Shown one piece after another: positions 39,127 through 49,001 of a DNA stretch of 64,000 nucleotides. Location of the stretch: contig JAKAJD010000001.1 of assembly GCA_021813945.1 (NCBI GenBank), forward strand, positions 9,744-73,743. Reading direction: 5' to 3'. How positions within the stretch are numbered: position 1 is the first letter of the stretch; each line of letters begins with the position of its first letter. The translations under genes and the position numbers were made by a program. The notes beneath the pieces are model-generated. The model was not told where the DNA came from, searched no databases, and saw nothing but the letters and a program-made list of their open reading frames with translations. Source of the stretch: a bacterium. GTDB taxonomy: Bacteria > Patescibacteriota > Microgenomatia > Curtissbacterales > GWA2-41-24.

Positions 39127-39756
39127 CTATTGGATAGTTACCTTCTGCATTACGTCACCCACAGCAATTTGATCAACAACATCTTGGCCCTCAACTACTT
39201 GGCCAAAAATTGTGTATTGCTTAGGAAGTTGTGGTGTATCGGCAAGCATTATAAAAAACTGGCTCCCGTTTGTGTTCGGACCCGAATTTGCCATTGCCAC
39301 AATACCTTTTTTGTAATCACGTGTAACTTTCTCATCTGGAAATGAATACCCTGGTCCTCCTGTGCCATTTCCATTAGGGTCACCACCCTGGATAACAAAA
39401 CCCTCTTCTCTTCTGTGGAACTTAAGTCCGTCATAAAATTTTTTGTCCGCAAGGTAAATAAAATTTGATACTGCATGCGGCGCATCGCCAAAAAACTGTA
39501 TTACAATATTACCCTTTCCGGTTTGAATGGTGGCCTTTTTCGCAGAAATCTGATCAGAAGTTAAAACAGGAAATGGCATTGTTGCTGCTTGAGATGTAGA
39601 TTCGTTATTAAACATTATCTTAGGCGTTTCTGATGCAATTGGCACCTGGGAGGGAATAGTTAAATCATTCGTTCCAAACTTGTGTTTTGCCGTGAATAAA
39701 AAAACGGCAACCAAAACGATAATCAACCCAATAAGTGCAATCACCAAATTCTTCAT
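39127..39756 (-). CDS. Membrane-anchored cyclophilin-type peptidyl-prolyl isomerase
   Basis: N-terminal TM; FYDGLKFHR, FVIQGGDP.GNGTGGPGY, AMANSGPNTNGSQFFI. Confidence 0.93.
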   Translation of the reverse strand: MKNLVIALIGLIIVLVAVFLFTAKHKFGTNDLTIPSQVPIASETPKIMFNNESTSQAATMPFPVLTSDQISAKKATIQTGKGNIVIQFFGDAPHAVSNFIYLADKKFYDGLKFHRREEGFVIQGGDPNGNGTGGPGYSFPDEKVTRDYKKGIVAMANSGPNTNGSQFFIMLADTPQLPKQYTIFGQVVEGQDVVDQIAVGDVMQKVTIQ

Positions 39757-39767
39757 CTGGAATTTAC

Positions 39768-39796
39768 AGTTTAATTGTGTAAGTAAGAACTGTCAA
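39768..39796 (-). promoter_or_regulatory. Promoter of the cyclophilin gene
   Basis: Minus strand TTGACA-17 nt-TAAACT, 11 nt before ATG. Confidence 0.6.
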
Positions 39797-39820
39797 TTAC
39801 CTCTTTAAATCTGAATATTT

Positions 39821-39826
39821 TATAAT
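39821..39826 (+). promoter_or_regulatory. -10 box, leaderless-type
   Basis: TATAAT 6 nt before GTG 39833. Confidence 0.55.
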
Positions 39827-39832
39827 TGATAG

Positions 39833-41278
39833 GTGAAACTTAGCAAAGTTTTAAAATCCTACTGGCCATTTTTTCTTATTTTATTAATCTCTGCAATTTT
39901 GAGATTTTGGCGCCTAGAACAACTAACGACTTTTGGAGGAGATCAGGGATATGATTTTTTGATAGCCAAGGGAATACTCCAAGGAAAATTTACACTACTC
40001 GGCCCAAAAATTGGCCCATACAACAATTTTGGCAACCTGTATCTAGGTCCAGCCTACTATTATTTAATAGCGCCATGGCTCTTTCTATTTCAACTTGATC
40101 CGATAGGTCCTGCCTTTTTCACAGTTATGACTGCACTTGCTACGATATCTCTTATTTTTATTATTGCAAACCAATTTTTATCAAAAAGGATTGCAATACT
40201 CGCATCGGCAATATATGGGCTTAACGCTATACTGATTGAACAATCACGGGCATCATCAAATCCTCACTTAATACCTTTTTTCGCTGCCGTTAGTGTCTAT
40301 TCTTATTTGAAAACATCACAAGATAAATCAAAATCCATCTTATGGCCCCTCTTGGCGGGTTTTTCTGTAGGTATTGCATTTCAACTTCACTATTTAGCTA
40401 TTTCACTATTGATTGTGATTTTAATTTTCAATCTTCTAAATTCAAAATACAAAGCCATCATATTAGTATTCATCGGCCTTATGTTAGCCTTGGGCGGGCA
40501 AATATTATTTGAGTTCAGGCATAATTTTTTTGTAACAAATCTGTTCCTAATTCAGATGCATCAGGGAAAAGTTCTCTCGCTGGCAACAGTTTTAAAAAAC
40601 ATTAATTCATCAGCCAGATTGCTTACCAGTGCTTTTATTTTTTCCCCAATATTAATTTTTATATTGTTTAATAAAAATCTACTCAAAAAACAATTAATCA
40701 CTTTTTTATTAACTTCAACAATTCTTGGATTTTTCCTTGTTGTTATTTATCCTGGGAACCCGCAACCTCACTATTTTGCTCCAATCTATGTCAGCGTAAT
40801 ATTGCTAATATCGACGATTTTTTCATCTTTTCTTGATCCGAAACAAAATTTCTTTATAAAATTTGCTGTTATGGTAATTTTGACCATTTATTTTTTGATT
40901 AATATCTCAAGTTACCATTTGCTCAGAAAAAACGGCTATACAATGCCTGATGGATGGAACTTAACCGGAATTAAATTTGCCTCAAAAGCCATTGCAAATG
41001 ATGTTGACAACGAAAGAACCTTTAATGTTGCAGCTACCCTAGACGGCGATACGAGGGCTATGCCCTACAGATATATGTTATCAGTTTACGGAAAAACTCC
41101 CCTGGGCGTAGAAAAATATCCTCAAGCACAAGTTATCTATCTCGTCTCAAGAGATTCATTGGATGAAATAAAAAATTATTCTGTATGGGAAATCGCCAGT
41201 TTTTGGCCTTATAATATTAGCAAGATTGCAGATGTTCAAAATGGTATTAGGGTTTACAAATTAACAAAAACAAATTGA
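39833..41278 (+). CDS. GT-C membrane glycosyltransferase, paralog of 18719-20227
   Basis: FGGDQGYD, LLGP, YLGPAYYY, DPIGP, SRASSNP, QLHY, WEIASF. Confidence 0.8.
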   Translation: MKLSKVLKSYWPFFLILLISAILRFWRLEQLTTFGGDQGYDFLIAKGILQGKFTLLGPKIGPYNNFGNLYLGPAYYYLIAPWLFLFQLDPIGPAFFTVMTALATISLIFIIANQFLSKRIAILASAIYGLNAILIEQSRASSNPHLIPFFAAVSVYSYLKTSQDKSKSILWPLLAGFSVGIAFQLHYLAISLLIVILIFNLLNSKYKAIILVFIGLMLALGGQILFEFRHNFFVTNLFLIQMHQGKVLSLATVLKNINSSARLLTSAFIFSPILIFILFNKNLLKKQLITFLLTSTILGFFLVVIYPGNPQPHYFAPIYVSVILLISTIFSSFLDPKQNFFIKFAVMVILTIYFLINISSYHLLRKNGYTMPDGWNLTGIKFASKAIANDVDNERTFNVAATLDGDTRAMPYRYMLSVYGKTPLGVEKYPQAQVIYLVSRDSLDEIKNYSVWEIASFWPYNISKIADVQNGIRVYKLTKTN

Positions 41279-42180
41279 ACCAAATGAAAGTCGCCGTAAT
41301 TGTTCTAAATTACAACGGATGGCAAGACACACTCGAATGCGTAGAATCTTTAAAAAACGCTCAGCATCCAAATCTTAAATCTGAAATAATTATTGTTGAC
41401 AATAACTCATCAGACGGCTCCCAAAAACGCCTATCCAAAATTAAATACATAACCTTAATTGAAAATACACAAAACCTAGGTTATTCCGGGGGAAACAATA
41501 CAGGCATTAAATACGCGTTAGATAAAGATTTTAATTTTATTCTTTTGATAAATAACGATACATATGTAGATAAGAATTTTTTCGAGCATCTCTATCCGGC
41601 TTTAAAAATTGCTGAAATTTTATCACCCAAAATTTATTTTGCTCCAGGTTTCGAATTTCACAAATCAAATTATAATAAAGCAGATTTGGGAAAGGTCGTT
41701 TGGTACGCTGGAGGTAAAATAGATTGGCAAAATATATTAGGCTCACACATTGGAGTAGACGAAGTAGATAATGGGCAATTTTCAGAATCTAAAGAAATCG
41801 ATTTTGCAACAGGGGCATGCATGCTAGTAAAAAGAGAAGTTTTCGAAAAAATAGGCCTGTTAGATGAAAAATATTTTTTGTACTTGGAGGATATGGATTT
41901 TTGCGTAAGGGCAAAAAAAGCTGGTTTCGCAATATCATTTTTCCCAAAGGCAGTTGTTTGGCATAAAAATGCAGCATCAAGTGGGGGTTCAGGGTCAAAA
42001 ATGCAAGACTATTACATCACACGCAATCGACTCCTTTTTGCGTTTAAGTTCGCGGCCCTTAAAACCAAATTTGCAGTCTTGAAACAGGTTACACTTCAAG
42101 CAAATGATCGCATAAAAAGGCTTGCTCTTGCGGATTTTTTAACATACAGATTTGGAAAAAGTCATGCCGACATTACCTAA
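41275..42180 (+). CDS. GT2 glycosyltransferase (rhamnosyltransferase-like)
   Basis: LNYNG, VDNNS, NLGYSGGNN, INND, TGACML, YFLYLEDMD; start may be ATG 41284. Confidence 0.85.
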   Translation: MNQMKVAVIVLNYNGWQDTLECVESLKNAQHPNLKSEIIIVDNNSSDGSQKRLSKIKYITLIENTQNLGYSGGNNTGIKYALDKDFNFILLINNDTYVDKNFFEHLYPALKIAEILSPKIYFAPGFEFHKSNYNKADLGKVVWYAGGKIDWQNILGSHIGVDEVDNGQFSESKEIDFATGACMLVKREVFEKIGLLDEKYFLYLEDMDFCVRAKKAGFAISFFPKAVVWHKNAASSGGSGSKMQDYYITRNRLLFAFKFAALKTKFAVLKQVTLQANDRIKRLALADFLTYRFGKSHADIT

Positions 42181-42949
42181 ACTGCCTATATCAGCATTGA
42201 TACTTGCCAAAAACGAGCAAGATATGATTAGTGGTTGCTTGGAGCAACTTGATTTTGTTGAAGAAATAATAATATTAGATCAAAAATCCGAAGACAATAC
42301 TGTTGAAATAGCAAAAAAATATACAGATAAAGTTTTTACTTCATCAAACGAAGATTTTGGCAAAAATAGAACACTTCTTGCCCAGTATGCGAAAGGCGAA
42401 TGGTTACTATATTTAGATTGCGATGAAAGATTGTCAAAAGATAATTTAGAAGAAATTGCCCTCAAAATAACTCAAAGCGAAAACTCTGCTTACTACTTTC
42501 CCAGAAAGAATTTTATTTTAAGCAGGGAAGTCAAGCATGGGGGTTGGTGGCCAGACTATGTACCTAGGTTATTTAAAAAATCTAACTTAAAAAAATGGTC
42601 TGGAAGAGTACACGAAAGCCCTGTAATCGATGGCAAATTCGGATACATGAAAAACCCCATCACTCATCACACGGCAAGATCTATCAACTTGATGCTTGCT
42701 AAGTCGATCAAATGGGCAAAAATTGAAGCAGAGCTAAGATTTGAAGCGAATCAGCCAAAAGTAACTATTTTGAAAACGGTGAAGGCAATTTTTTTAGAAT
42801 TTATAAACAGGTATTTTGCCAAAATGGCTTTTTTGGACGGAGCAGTAGGCGTTATAGAGTCTGTATACCAAGGCCTTCACCAAGCTATGATAATGACATA
42901 CCTTTGGGAGCTTCAAAACAAAACTGAATTGGAGAATATGTCGAAATGA
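42164..42949 (+). CDS. GT2 glycosyltransferase (WaaE/LgtF-like)
   Basis: AKNE, LDCDER, WWPDY.PRLF, VHE, FLDG..G. Confidence 0.83.
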   Translation: MPTLPKLPISALILAKNEQDMISGCLEQLDFVEEIIILDQKSEDNTVEIAKKYTDKVFTSSNEDFGKNRTLLAQYAKGEWLLYLDCDERLSKDNLEEIALKITQSENSAYYFPRKNFILSREVKHGGWWPDYVPRLFKKSNLKKWSGRVHESPVIDGKFGYMKNPITHHTARSINLMLAKSIKWAKIEAELRFEANQPKVTILKTVKAIFLEFINRYFAKMAFLDGAVGVIESVYQGLHQAMIMTYLWELQNKTELENMSK

Positions 42950-44004
42950 AAATTGGCTTCTTTAGCCCTTATTTAGATACATTCGGTGGTGGGGAAAGAT
43001 ACATGCTTGAACTTGCGTCCCACCTTTCACAAAGCCAAAATAACAAGGTAGATATTTTTTGGGATGATAATGCCATAAAAGCACCACTTTCAAAATTTCT
43101 TAAAATAGATCTTTCCAAAACTAATTTCATACAAAACATCTTTGCCAACAGAACACAGGCCTCAAAATTAATGAGTACCAAAAAATATGATTTGCTTTTC
43201 GTTCTATCTGACGGGAGCGTCCCGCTATCATTTGCAAAAAAGAACATTCTTCACTTTCAAGTGCCGTTTAATTTTTCGCATCCTGATTTTAAAACAAAAA
43301 TAAAATTGGCAAAAATAAAATACCTCATTTGTAATTCCGAGTTCACAAAAAACTTTATAGACCAAAGCTTTTTAGTAAAATCGAAAGTCATTTACCCACC
43401 AGTCGATGTAAAATCGATAAAACCACTCCCTAAACAAAACTTAATTCTTTCTGTCGGCAGATTCAGCCAAAACCAACTTCATCCCAAGAAGCAAGAAGTT
43501 TTAATAGAGGTATTTAGGGAACTATATAAAAAAGCTCCATTGTGGAAGTTACTTCTAATTGGACAAGCAAAAAGGGAAGATTCAAAATACGTCAGAAAAC
43601 TAAGGAAAATTAGCCAAGGGTATGCAATTAAAATTATTGAAAACCTTGAGGTTGAAAAATTGAGGAAGTTATACGGCCAAGCATCAATCTACTGGCATGC
43701 AACTGGATATGGAGAGGATGAAAACAAAAACCCCGAAAGAATGGAGCACTTTGGCATTTCCACAGTTGAGGCATCTGCCGCCGGAGCTATCCCCGTTGTA
43801 ATAGGTAAAGGTGGACAAAAAGAGATTGTAGAGAACGGAAAAACTGGCTATTTATGGACTACAAAAACTCAGCTGTTCGAAAAAACTTTAGAACTTTTAA
43901 ATAGTCCTCAATTACTCGAAAAGCTATCGAAAAACGCTATAAAAAACAGCCGTAGATTTAGCAGAGAAAAATTCTTTTCGGAATATGAAAAAATTATTTA
44001 CTAA
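42946..44004 (+). CDS. GT4 glycosyltransferase
   Basis: GGGERY, NSEFT, VIYPPV, SVGRF, KKQ, EHFGISTVEA. Confidence 0.88.
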   Translation: MKIGFFSPYLDTFGGGERYMLELASHLSQSQNNKVDIFWDDNAIKAPLSKFLKIDLSKTNFIQNIFANRTQASKLMSTKKYDLLFVLSDGSVPLSFAKKNILHFQVPFNFSHPDFKTKIKLAKIKYLICNSEFTKNFIDQSFLVKSKVIYPPVDVKSIKPLPKQNLILSVGRFSQNQLHPKKQEVLIEVFRELYKKAPLWKLLLIGQAKREDSKYVRKLRKISQGYAIKIIENLEVEKLRKLYGQASIYWHATGYGEDENKNPERMEHFGISTVEASAAGAIPVVIGKGGQKEIVENGKTGYLWTTKTQLFEKTLELLNSPQLLEKLSKNAIKNSRRFSREKFFSEYEKIIY

Positions 44005-46306
44005 CTTCAAAATTTCTATTCTTCCAATTTTAATCATTGCTTTATTTTTTTCGACCGAGCTTATCCATGGAAGAGTCCCAATACCGGCAGACTCCCTAAT
44101 TGGGCTTTATCATCCTTTTCGGGACAACTCATATTTGGGCTTCGCAGAAGAACATTTCCCGACGAAAAATCCTTTAATTACCGATCCGGTATTGCAAACA
44201 TACCCATGGCGTTTTCTTGTAGTTAATAATCTAAAAAATTTCAGTCTTCCACTATGGAATCCTTACAGCTTTTCTGGCCAGCCGCTTCTTGCCAATGTCC
44301 AGTCGGCAACATTTCAGATTATTAATTTACTCTATCTAAAAACACCTTTTAATTTTGTTTGGGTCTTGGGAGTGATTATAGCTCCACTTTTAACATCACT
44401 CTTTACATTCTTCTTTTTAAGGTCATTAAAAATCTCACAAACTGCCTCAGCATTTTCCTCATTTATATTGCCTTTCACTGGATTCTTTACCGCATGGCTG
44501 GCATGGGGAACTGTCATAACAACAGCGATGTGGCTACCTCTAATTCTTTACTGTGTAAACAAACTAAATGAAAAATGGTCGGCAAGATTTTTTATCCTAC
44601 TTACATTTTCTTCTTTCCAGACAATAGTATCTGGTCATTGGCAAACTGCCTTTTATGTTATGTTATCATCCGCAATTTATTTAATTTATAAATCCATCAG
44701 TTCAAAATCTCTAAAGCTTTTTTCCATAGTTACTTCAGGTCTTATCTTAGGGGCAATGATAAGCTCAATACAAATAATTCCGTCTCTGGAGTTTATTAAC
44801 TTATCCAATCGTGGCCTAGATCAAGCGTATTTTGCAGGAAGAAGGGATTGGTTTATTCCTCTTCAGAATTTAGCCCAACTTCTTGCACCAGATTTTTTCG
44901 GAAATCCCACAACCTATAACTACTGGGGTATTTGGAATTACGCTGAATTTGTAAGCTACATCGGGTTGGTACCCTTATTTTTTGCACTTATCTCTGTATT
45001 TAAAAAGAATTCATACATCAAGTTTTTTTGGTTTATGATAGCCTTATCACTATTTTTAGCTTTAGAAAATCCAATTTCTAAATTACCTTACACTTTAAAC
45101 TTGCCGTTAATCGCCTCAATGCAACCCTCAAGAATTATTTTCCTTCTAGATTTTGCACTATCAGTACTTTGTGCCTTCGGTATGGACTATTTTTTGGAAG
45201 AAAAATTCAAAAAAAAATTTGTACTTCCGGCCTTATTGATGTTTCTAATAATTATTTCCTTAATATTATTAACTAAATTTGCCAGTCAGATTTTTCCGTC
45301 AGTAGAAAACCTCGCCCCTTCTTACACCGCCTTTAGAAATTTGCTTTACCCTTTACTTTTTTCCGCATCAATTTTTCTGATAATACTTCTAAAAGTTACG
45401 AAAACTACAAGGAATTTAATGGTGGCAATAATTATTTTGATAACTGTTCTCGATCTTTTTAAATTTGCTAACAAATTCACACCATTTTCAAACTTTTCCA
45501 TTATTTTTCCCAAAACAGAAACCACTAATTTTTTAATGAACCAGAAAAAGCCTTTTAGGATTTTAGAAACAGATCGTAGAATTTTAAACGGCAACATTTC
45601 TAGCGTTTATCAAATTGAACAAGTATCAGGCTATGATCCTCTATATCTCAAATCATACGGCCAACTTGTAGCCTCATGGGATGCAGCGGCTTTACGTTCT
45701 TCAGGATCTTTTAACCGGATAGTCACGCCTCAAAATTACAATTTACCACTCACAAATTTTATGAATGTTAAGTATTTGCTAAGTTTTGACGATATTCAAA
45801 ACGACAATTTATCAAAAATCTTTGAAGAGGGTCAAACAAAAATTTATGAAAACAAAAATGTGTTGCCAAGAACATACTTTGTCGAAAAAGTAACTAAAGT
45901 TGAAAACCAGAATCAAGAGCTGAGCCAAATTACTAGTAAAAATTTCGATTTTAGTAACCTCGCTGTTTCTCGAGAATTTCAAATGGAAGGAAAATCAAAA
46001 GGGACTGCTAATATAATTTTCTATGCCGACCAAAAACTTCAAATAGAAACTAAAACTCAAGAAAACTTGCCACTGATAATAAGTAATGTTAAGTATCCCG
46101 GTTGGAATGCTTTTATCGATGGGAGACCAACAAAACTTTATGAGGCCAACTTTATGTTTCAGTCAATTATAGTACCCCCAGGCGAACATATAATTTTATT
46201 AAGTTACATGCCCAAATCGTTTACTTACGGTTTCTACTTAACAGCTCTATCAGTATTTGTAACAATATGTATTGGAGGATTCCTGTGGAAAAAAGGGTAT
46301 CGGTAA
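43985..46306 (+). CDS. YfhO-family membrane protein, paralog of 23215-25659
   Basis: PIPAD, PLWNPYSFSGQPLLAN.QS, GHWQ, PDFFGNP, GYD, YPGW.A.IDG. Confidence 0.82.
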   Translation: MKKLFTNFKISILPILIIALFFSTELIHGRVPIPADSLIGLYHPFRDNSYLGFAEEHFPTKNPLITDPVLQTYPWRFLVVNNLKNFSLPLWNPYSFSGQPLLANVQSATFQIINLLYLKTPFNFVWVLGVIIAPLLTSLFTFFFLRSLKISQTASAFSSFILPFTGFFTAWLAWGTVITTAMWLPLILYCVNKLNEKWSARFFILLTFSSFQTIVSGHWQTAFYVMLSSAIYLIYKSISSKSLKLFSIVTSGLILGAMISSIQIIPSLEFINLSNRGLDQAYFAGRRDWFIPLQNLAQLLAPDFFGNPTTYNYWGIWNYAEFVSYIGLVPLFFALISVFKKNSYIKFFWFMIALSLFLALENPISKLPYTLNLPLIASMQPSRIIFLLDFALSVLCAFGMDYFLEEKFKKKFVLPALLMFLIIISLILLTKFASQIFPSVENLAPSYTAFRNLLYPLLFSASIFLIILLKVTKTTRNLMVAIIILITVLDLFKFANKFTPFSNFSIIFPKTETTNFLMNQKKPFRILETDRRILNGNISSVYQIEQVSGYDPLYLKSYGQLVASWDAAALRSSGSFNRIVTPQNYNLPLTNFMNVKYLLSFDDIQNDNLSKIFEEGQTKIYENKNVLPRTYFVEKVTKVENQNQELSQITSKNFDFSNLAVSREFQMEGKSKGTANIIFYADQKLQIETKTQENLPLIISNVKYPGWNAFIDGRPTKLYEANFMFQSIIVPPGEHIILLSYMPKSFTYGFYLTALSVFVTICIGGFLWKKGYR

Positions 46307-47202
46307 TAATTCCAAACTATAACGGCAGGGAACTTTTGGCAAAAAATTTGCCTTCTGTTCTAGCTAATTGCCTAGGGTGTGAAATTATTGTTGTTGATGA
46401 CGCGTCTACAGATGACTCAATACAATTTTTAAAGAAAAAATATAATAAAATAAGAATCGTAAAAAACACTAATAATCTAGGATTTGCAAAAACAGCTAAT
46501 TTAGGTGTCCAAAAAGCAAATTCAAGGCTGGTGCTTCTTCTTAATTCTGACGTTTCCCCAAGAAATAACTTTCTAAAGGTCGCAATAAAACATTTTGAAA
46601 ATAAAAATTTGTTTGCAGTAGGTATTGAAGATTATAGCCATGAATCAGGGAAAATAATAACGAAGGGCAGGGGAGGCATAAAATTTAAAAAGGGCTTCTT
46701 TTTGCATTTTCCTGCCTTTATAGAAAGGGGTCCCACCTTTTGGGTATCCGGTGGTTCTGGCTTATTTGACAGAGACAAGTTTTTAGAACTCGGTGGTTTT
46801 GACGATATTTATAAGCCATTCTATTGGGAAGATATTGATTTGGCTTTCAGGGCATGGAAAAGCGGCTATACTTGTATTTTTGAACCGCTCTCAAAAGTAG
46901 ACCACTTTCACGAACAAGGCGCTATAGCAACTCAAAAATCAAGATTTTTCATAAAGATAGTTTCTTACAAAAATCAATTCATTTTTGCATGGAAGAACAT
47001 TTCAAGCTATACTTGGGCGCTAGAGCATTTGCTTTGGCTGCCATTTAATATCTTCAAAGCAATTTTAAATTTTGATCTAGCGTTCATTGCCGGTTTGGCT
47101 TGGGCTCTTTTAGACCTGCCGCACCTGCTCTATGATCAAGTCTTTTCAGAAAATAGCTACTTATTGTCCGATAGGGAAGTAGTAAATACATATGACAAAT
47201 AG
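46285..47202 (+). CDS. GT2 glycosyltransferase (rhamnosyltransferase-like)
   Basis: IPNYNG, VDDAS.D, NLGF, LLNSD, GGFD..Y.P.YWED.D; GTG 46285 has GGAGG SD (alternative ATG 46267). Confidence 0.83.
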   Translation: MEKRVSVIIPNYNGRELLAKNLPSVLANCLGCEIIVVDDASTDDSIQFLKKKYNKIRIVKNTNNLGFAKTANLGVQKANSRLVLLLNSDVSPRNNFLKVAIKHFENKNLFAVGIEDYSHESGKIITKGRGGIKFKKGFFLHFPAFIERGPTFWVSGGSGLFDRDKFLELGGFDDIYKPFYWEDIDLAFRAWKSGYTCIFEPLSKVDHFHEQGAIATQKSRFFIKIVSYKNQFIFAWKNISSYTWALEHLLWLPFNIFKAILNFDLAFIAGLAWALLDLPHLLYDQVFSENSYLLSDREVVNTYDK

Positions 47203-47959
47203 TAATATTCTTTGGAATCCCAAAAAAAAGCCAAAAATTATCGTGGTCATGCCAGCTTACAATGCGGAGAAAACTGTCAAAGCCACATACAATGACTTGC
47301 CAAAAGATTTAATAGAAGAAGTGATTCTTGTAGACGACGCATCGAAAGATAAAACCATTGAAAAAGCTCAAAAACTTGGGATAACAGTATATGCCCATGA
47401 TAAAAATCGAGGTTATGGAGGAAACCAAAAGACATGCTACGATCAAGCACTAAAAAGGAAGCCCGATGTCATTATCATGGTTCATCCTGACTATCAATAC
47501 GATGCAAAATTAGCTGGGGTACTTTGCGAACCCATTGTTAATGGCCGTGCTGACATCATGCTTGGTTCTAGAATCCAAACAAGAGATCAAGTTCTTGCCG
47601 GTGGGATGCCTTTATATAAATATTTTTCAAATCGCTTTTTAACTCTAGTGGAGAATCTTGCAATGGGCCTCAATCTTTCGGAGTATCATACAGGTTTCAG
47701 AGCTTTTAGTGCCGAAACACTCAAAAAAATACCTTATCATCAATTTTCCGACGATTTCATCTTCGATCAACAAATATTAGTGTCTGCACTTGCCTCTGGC
47801 AGCAATATCTCTGAAACCCCTGTTCCTTGCAAGTATTTCCCTGAAGCTTCTTCAATAAATTTTCAAAGGTCTACAAAATATGGACTCTTTACACTCTGGA
47901 CCGTATTCTTGTACATTTTAAATCAGTTGAAACTATACAAAGCCTCAATTTTTAATTAA
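47192..47959 (+). CDS. GT2, DPM/polyprenol-phosphate glycosyltransferase-like
   Basis: MPAYNAE, VDDAS, NRGYGGNQK, HPDYQY, GSR, EYHTGFRAF. Confidence 0.85.
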   Translation: MTNSNILWNPKKKPKIIVVMPAYNAEKTVKATYNDLPKDLIEEVILVDDASKDKTIEKAQKLGITVYAHDKNRGYGGNQKTCYDQALKRKPDVIIMVHPDYQYDAKLAGVLCEPIVNGRADIMLGSRIQTRDQVLAGGMPLYKYFSNRFLTLVENLAMGLNLSEYHTGFRAFSAETLKKIPYHQFSDDFIFDQQILVSALASGSNISETPVPCKYFPEASSINFQRSTKYGLFTLWTVFLYILNQLKLYKASIFN

Positions 47960-48948
47960 ATTCTCACCTTTAAAAACGAGTTATACAATCTTAAAAACCG
48001 CCTTTTTGTCTTTAAATCGACGGTGACTTTCACAAGTCCCTCACTCCTCTGGCCGTAAGCCACAGTAGTCCCCAGAGGACTCAAAAGTACAGCTGGCAAA
48101 ACAGCCAAATCCTCCTCCCCATTGACTATAATGACTCTAGGAGAAATGATTCCTTCTAAAACTTTTCCGATACTATTTACTAAATCAGATGTTATGCTGC
48201 CACTAGGATTCTTAGCTGCCATATAATCTTGATTGTCATCAAAACCTAAACTATCTAAACTTCCAAACTTTTTCTTTCTTTCAACTTTAAAATCAACTAT
48301 CGAAATCATAGGAATAACCTTACGTTGGAGCAAATTATATGTAATTTCATCACCCACAGATATTAACTTCTGAGAAAATCCGTCGTTAAGGAACGTATTA
48401 ATGTCGCCATACAAGAATCCTTGTGGCTTCTTTAATTTACCCCGCAACTCTTCTGTCAATTTTGAAACTTTAAAACTTTTCAAGTAATTAAGGTAATTTA
48501 ACCCCTCCTTGCTGATTTCGCCATTTTTGATTCTTGTTGATGAGATTGGCTTGCCGTCAGAAGCTTGTGTTAAAGGTAGCATTAAGACTTTAAGCGGTTT
48601 CAGATTTTCCTCTAGCCGCTTTTTATTGATAATTAATGCTCCCTTATTGGTATTCGCTGTAACGGCAATAGAATCAATAGTTTTATCTTTGATTGCTGTT
48701 CCAAAAGTATCATCTATGACCAAAATCGAGAAATCGCGTCCACCAGAGATTTCTTTTAGATAATTTTCAACATTTTTTAATCGCAAGTTTTCTGTGTCAA
48801 AAGGATTTTTACCTAAAGTCCTAACAAATTTATCACTTGTAACGCCAACTGTAATTTTATCAGCCAGATCATATGCTGATTTCAAAAAATCGCGATGGCC
48901 ATTATGAAATAAATCAAATGTGCCGCCGGCAGCTATATGCTTTAACAT
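47956..48948 (-). CDS. Archaeal/eukaryote-type phosphopantetheine adenylyltransferase fused to DUF359 (GTP-dependent dephospho-CoA kinase-like)
   Basis: N-half AGGTFDLFHNGH, GVTSD, INKKR..L.PL, PISSTRI; C-half LR..LK.P.G, SVGD, VDFKVER, NPSG.I, GEEDL..LP, YGQ..EG; start ATG 48948. Confidence 0.8.
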   Translation of the reverse strand: MLKHIAAGGTFDLFHNGHRDFLKSAYDLADKITVGVTSDKFVRTLGKNPFDTENLRLKNVENYLKEISGGRDFSILVIDDTFGTAIKDKTIDSIAVTANTNKGALIINKKRLEENLKPLKVLMLPLTQASDGKPISSTRIKNGEISKEGLNYLNYLKSFKVSKLTEELRGKLKKPQGFLYGDINTFLNDGFSQKLISVGDEITYNLLQRKVIPMISIVDFKVERKKKFGSLDSLGFDDNQDYMAAKNPSGSITSDLVNSIGKVLEGIISPRVIIVNGEEDLAVLPAVLLSPLGTTVAYGQRSEGLVKVTVDLKTKRRFLRLYNSFLKVRI

Positions 48949-48955
48949 ACCGCTA

Positions 48956-49001
48956 ATACTACCCTTCGACAAGTAAATTTTCCAGAAAGCTATGTTAAAA
49001 T
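48956..49001. promoter_or_regulatory. Back-to-back leaderless-type -10 boxes
   Basis: Minus TAGTAT (48961-48956) 7 nt before ATG 48948; plus TGtTAAAAT (48993-49001) 7 nt before in-frame GTG 49009 of pyrC. Confidence 0.5.
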
